From assembly GCA_030265395.1 (NCBI GenBank), contig JARFYF010000084.1:49619631-49683630 (forward strand): a stretch of DNA of 64,000 nucleotides, in the 5' to 3' direction. Below the pieces are notes generated by a model. That model was not told where the DNA came from. It saw only the letters and a program-made list of their open reading frames with translations, and made no database searches. The position numbers and the translations under genes were made by a program. Positions 63,704-64,000 of the stretch are shown here, piece by piece (the stretch's first letter is position 1; each line of letters starts with the position of its first letter). This DNA comes from Rhina ancylostomus (taxonomy: Eukaryota).

Positions 63704-64000
63704 TCCAATGCTGTTGTCCTGATTCTTGAGGATTTAAATGAAAATCTGTTCAGAAATATTGATAGGAAGCCTGTACAGATGGATATATTATACTGATCCA
63801 GACACATTATTCTCAAAACAGCTTTATCAAAACCAAAATATCACAACACTATTATCTGCAAGGTAAGGCTCAACACCAAACAATTAATTTCCAGTATTGT
63901 GGCCAGTGTCCTGTTTTGGGTACACTGTTTCATTTCATACAAAATACAAGCGGATGCTATCAGAATGTCTGATGGCTTTAGAAAATAAATCCATATCAAT

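Overview
AT-rich, CpG-poor vertebrate genomic DNA with many 100-N and 10-N assembly gaps. The repeat content points to a cartilaginous fish, probably a ray (inference): CR1, L2 and Rex1/Babar LINE fragments, Penelope-like elements, V-SINE and Deu-SINE-type SINEs, and Gypsy LTRs. I recognise no host protein-coding gene, rRNA, tRNA or CRISPR array. Most ORF-track entries are decayed retroelement pieces, gap-spanning artefacts or chance ORFs, so the window is most likely intergenic or a large intron. The best-supported points are: (i) four copies of a young Gypsy-type LTR, two complete with 5-bp TSDs that are reverse complements of each other; (ii) Penelope-derived palindromes carrying dead minimal hammerhead-ribozyme motifs, damaged mostly at CpG sites; (iii) an ancient Gypsy gag-protease-RT fossil missed by the ORF track; (iv) a unique region at about 12.8-13.5 kb with RFX X-box motifs; and (v) a few unverified exon-like segments. 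I find no convincing novel multi-gene system. Repeat boundaries are read by eye and are approximate unless a TSD is given.
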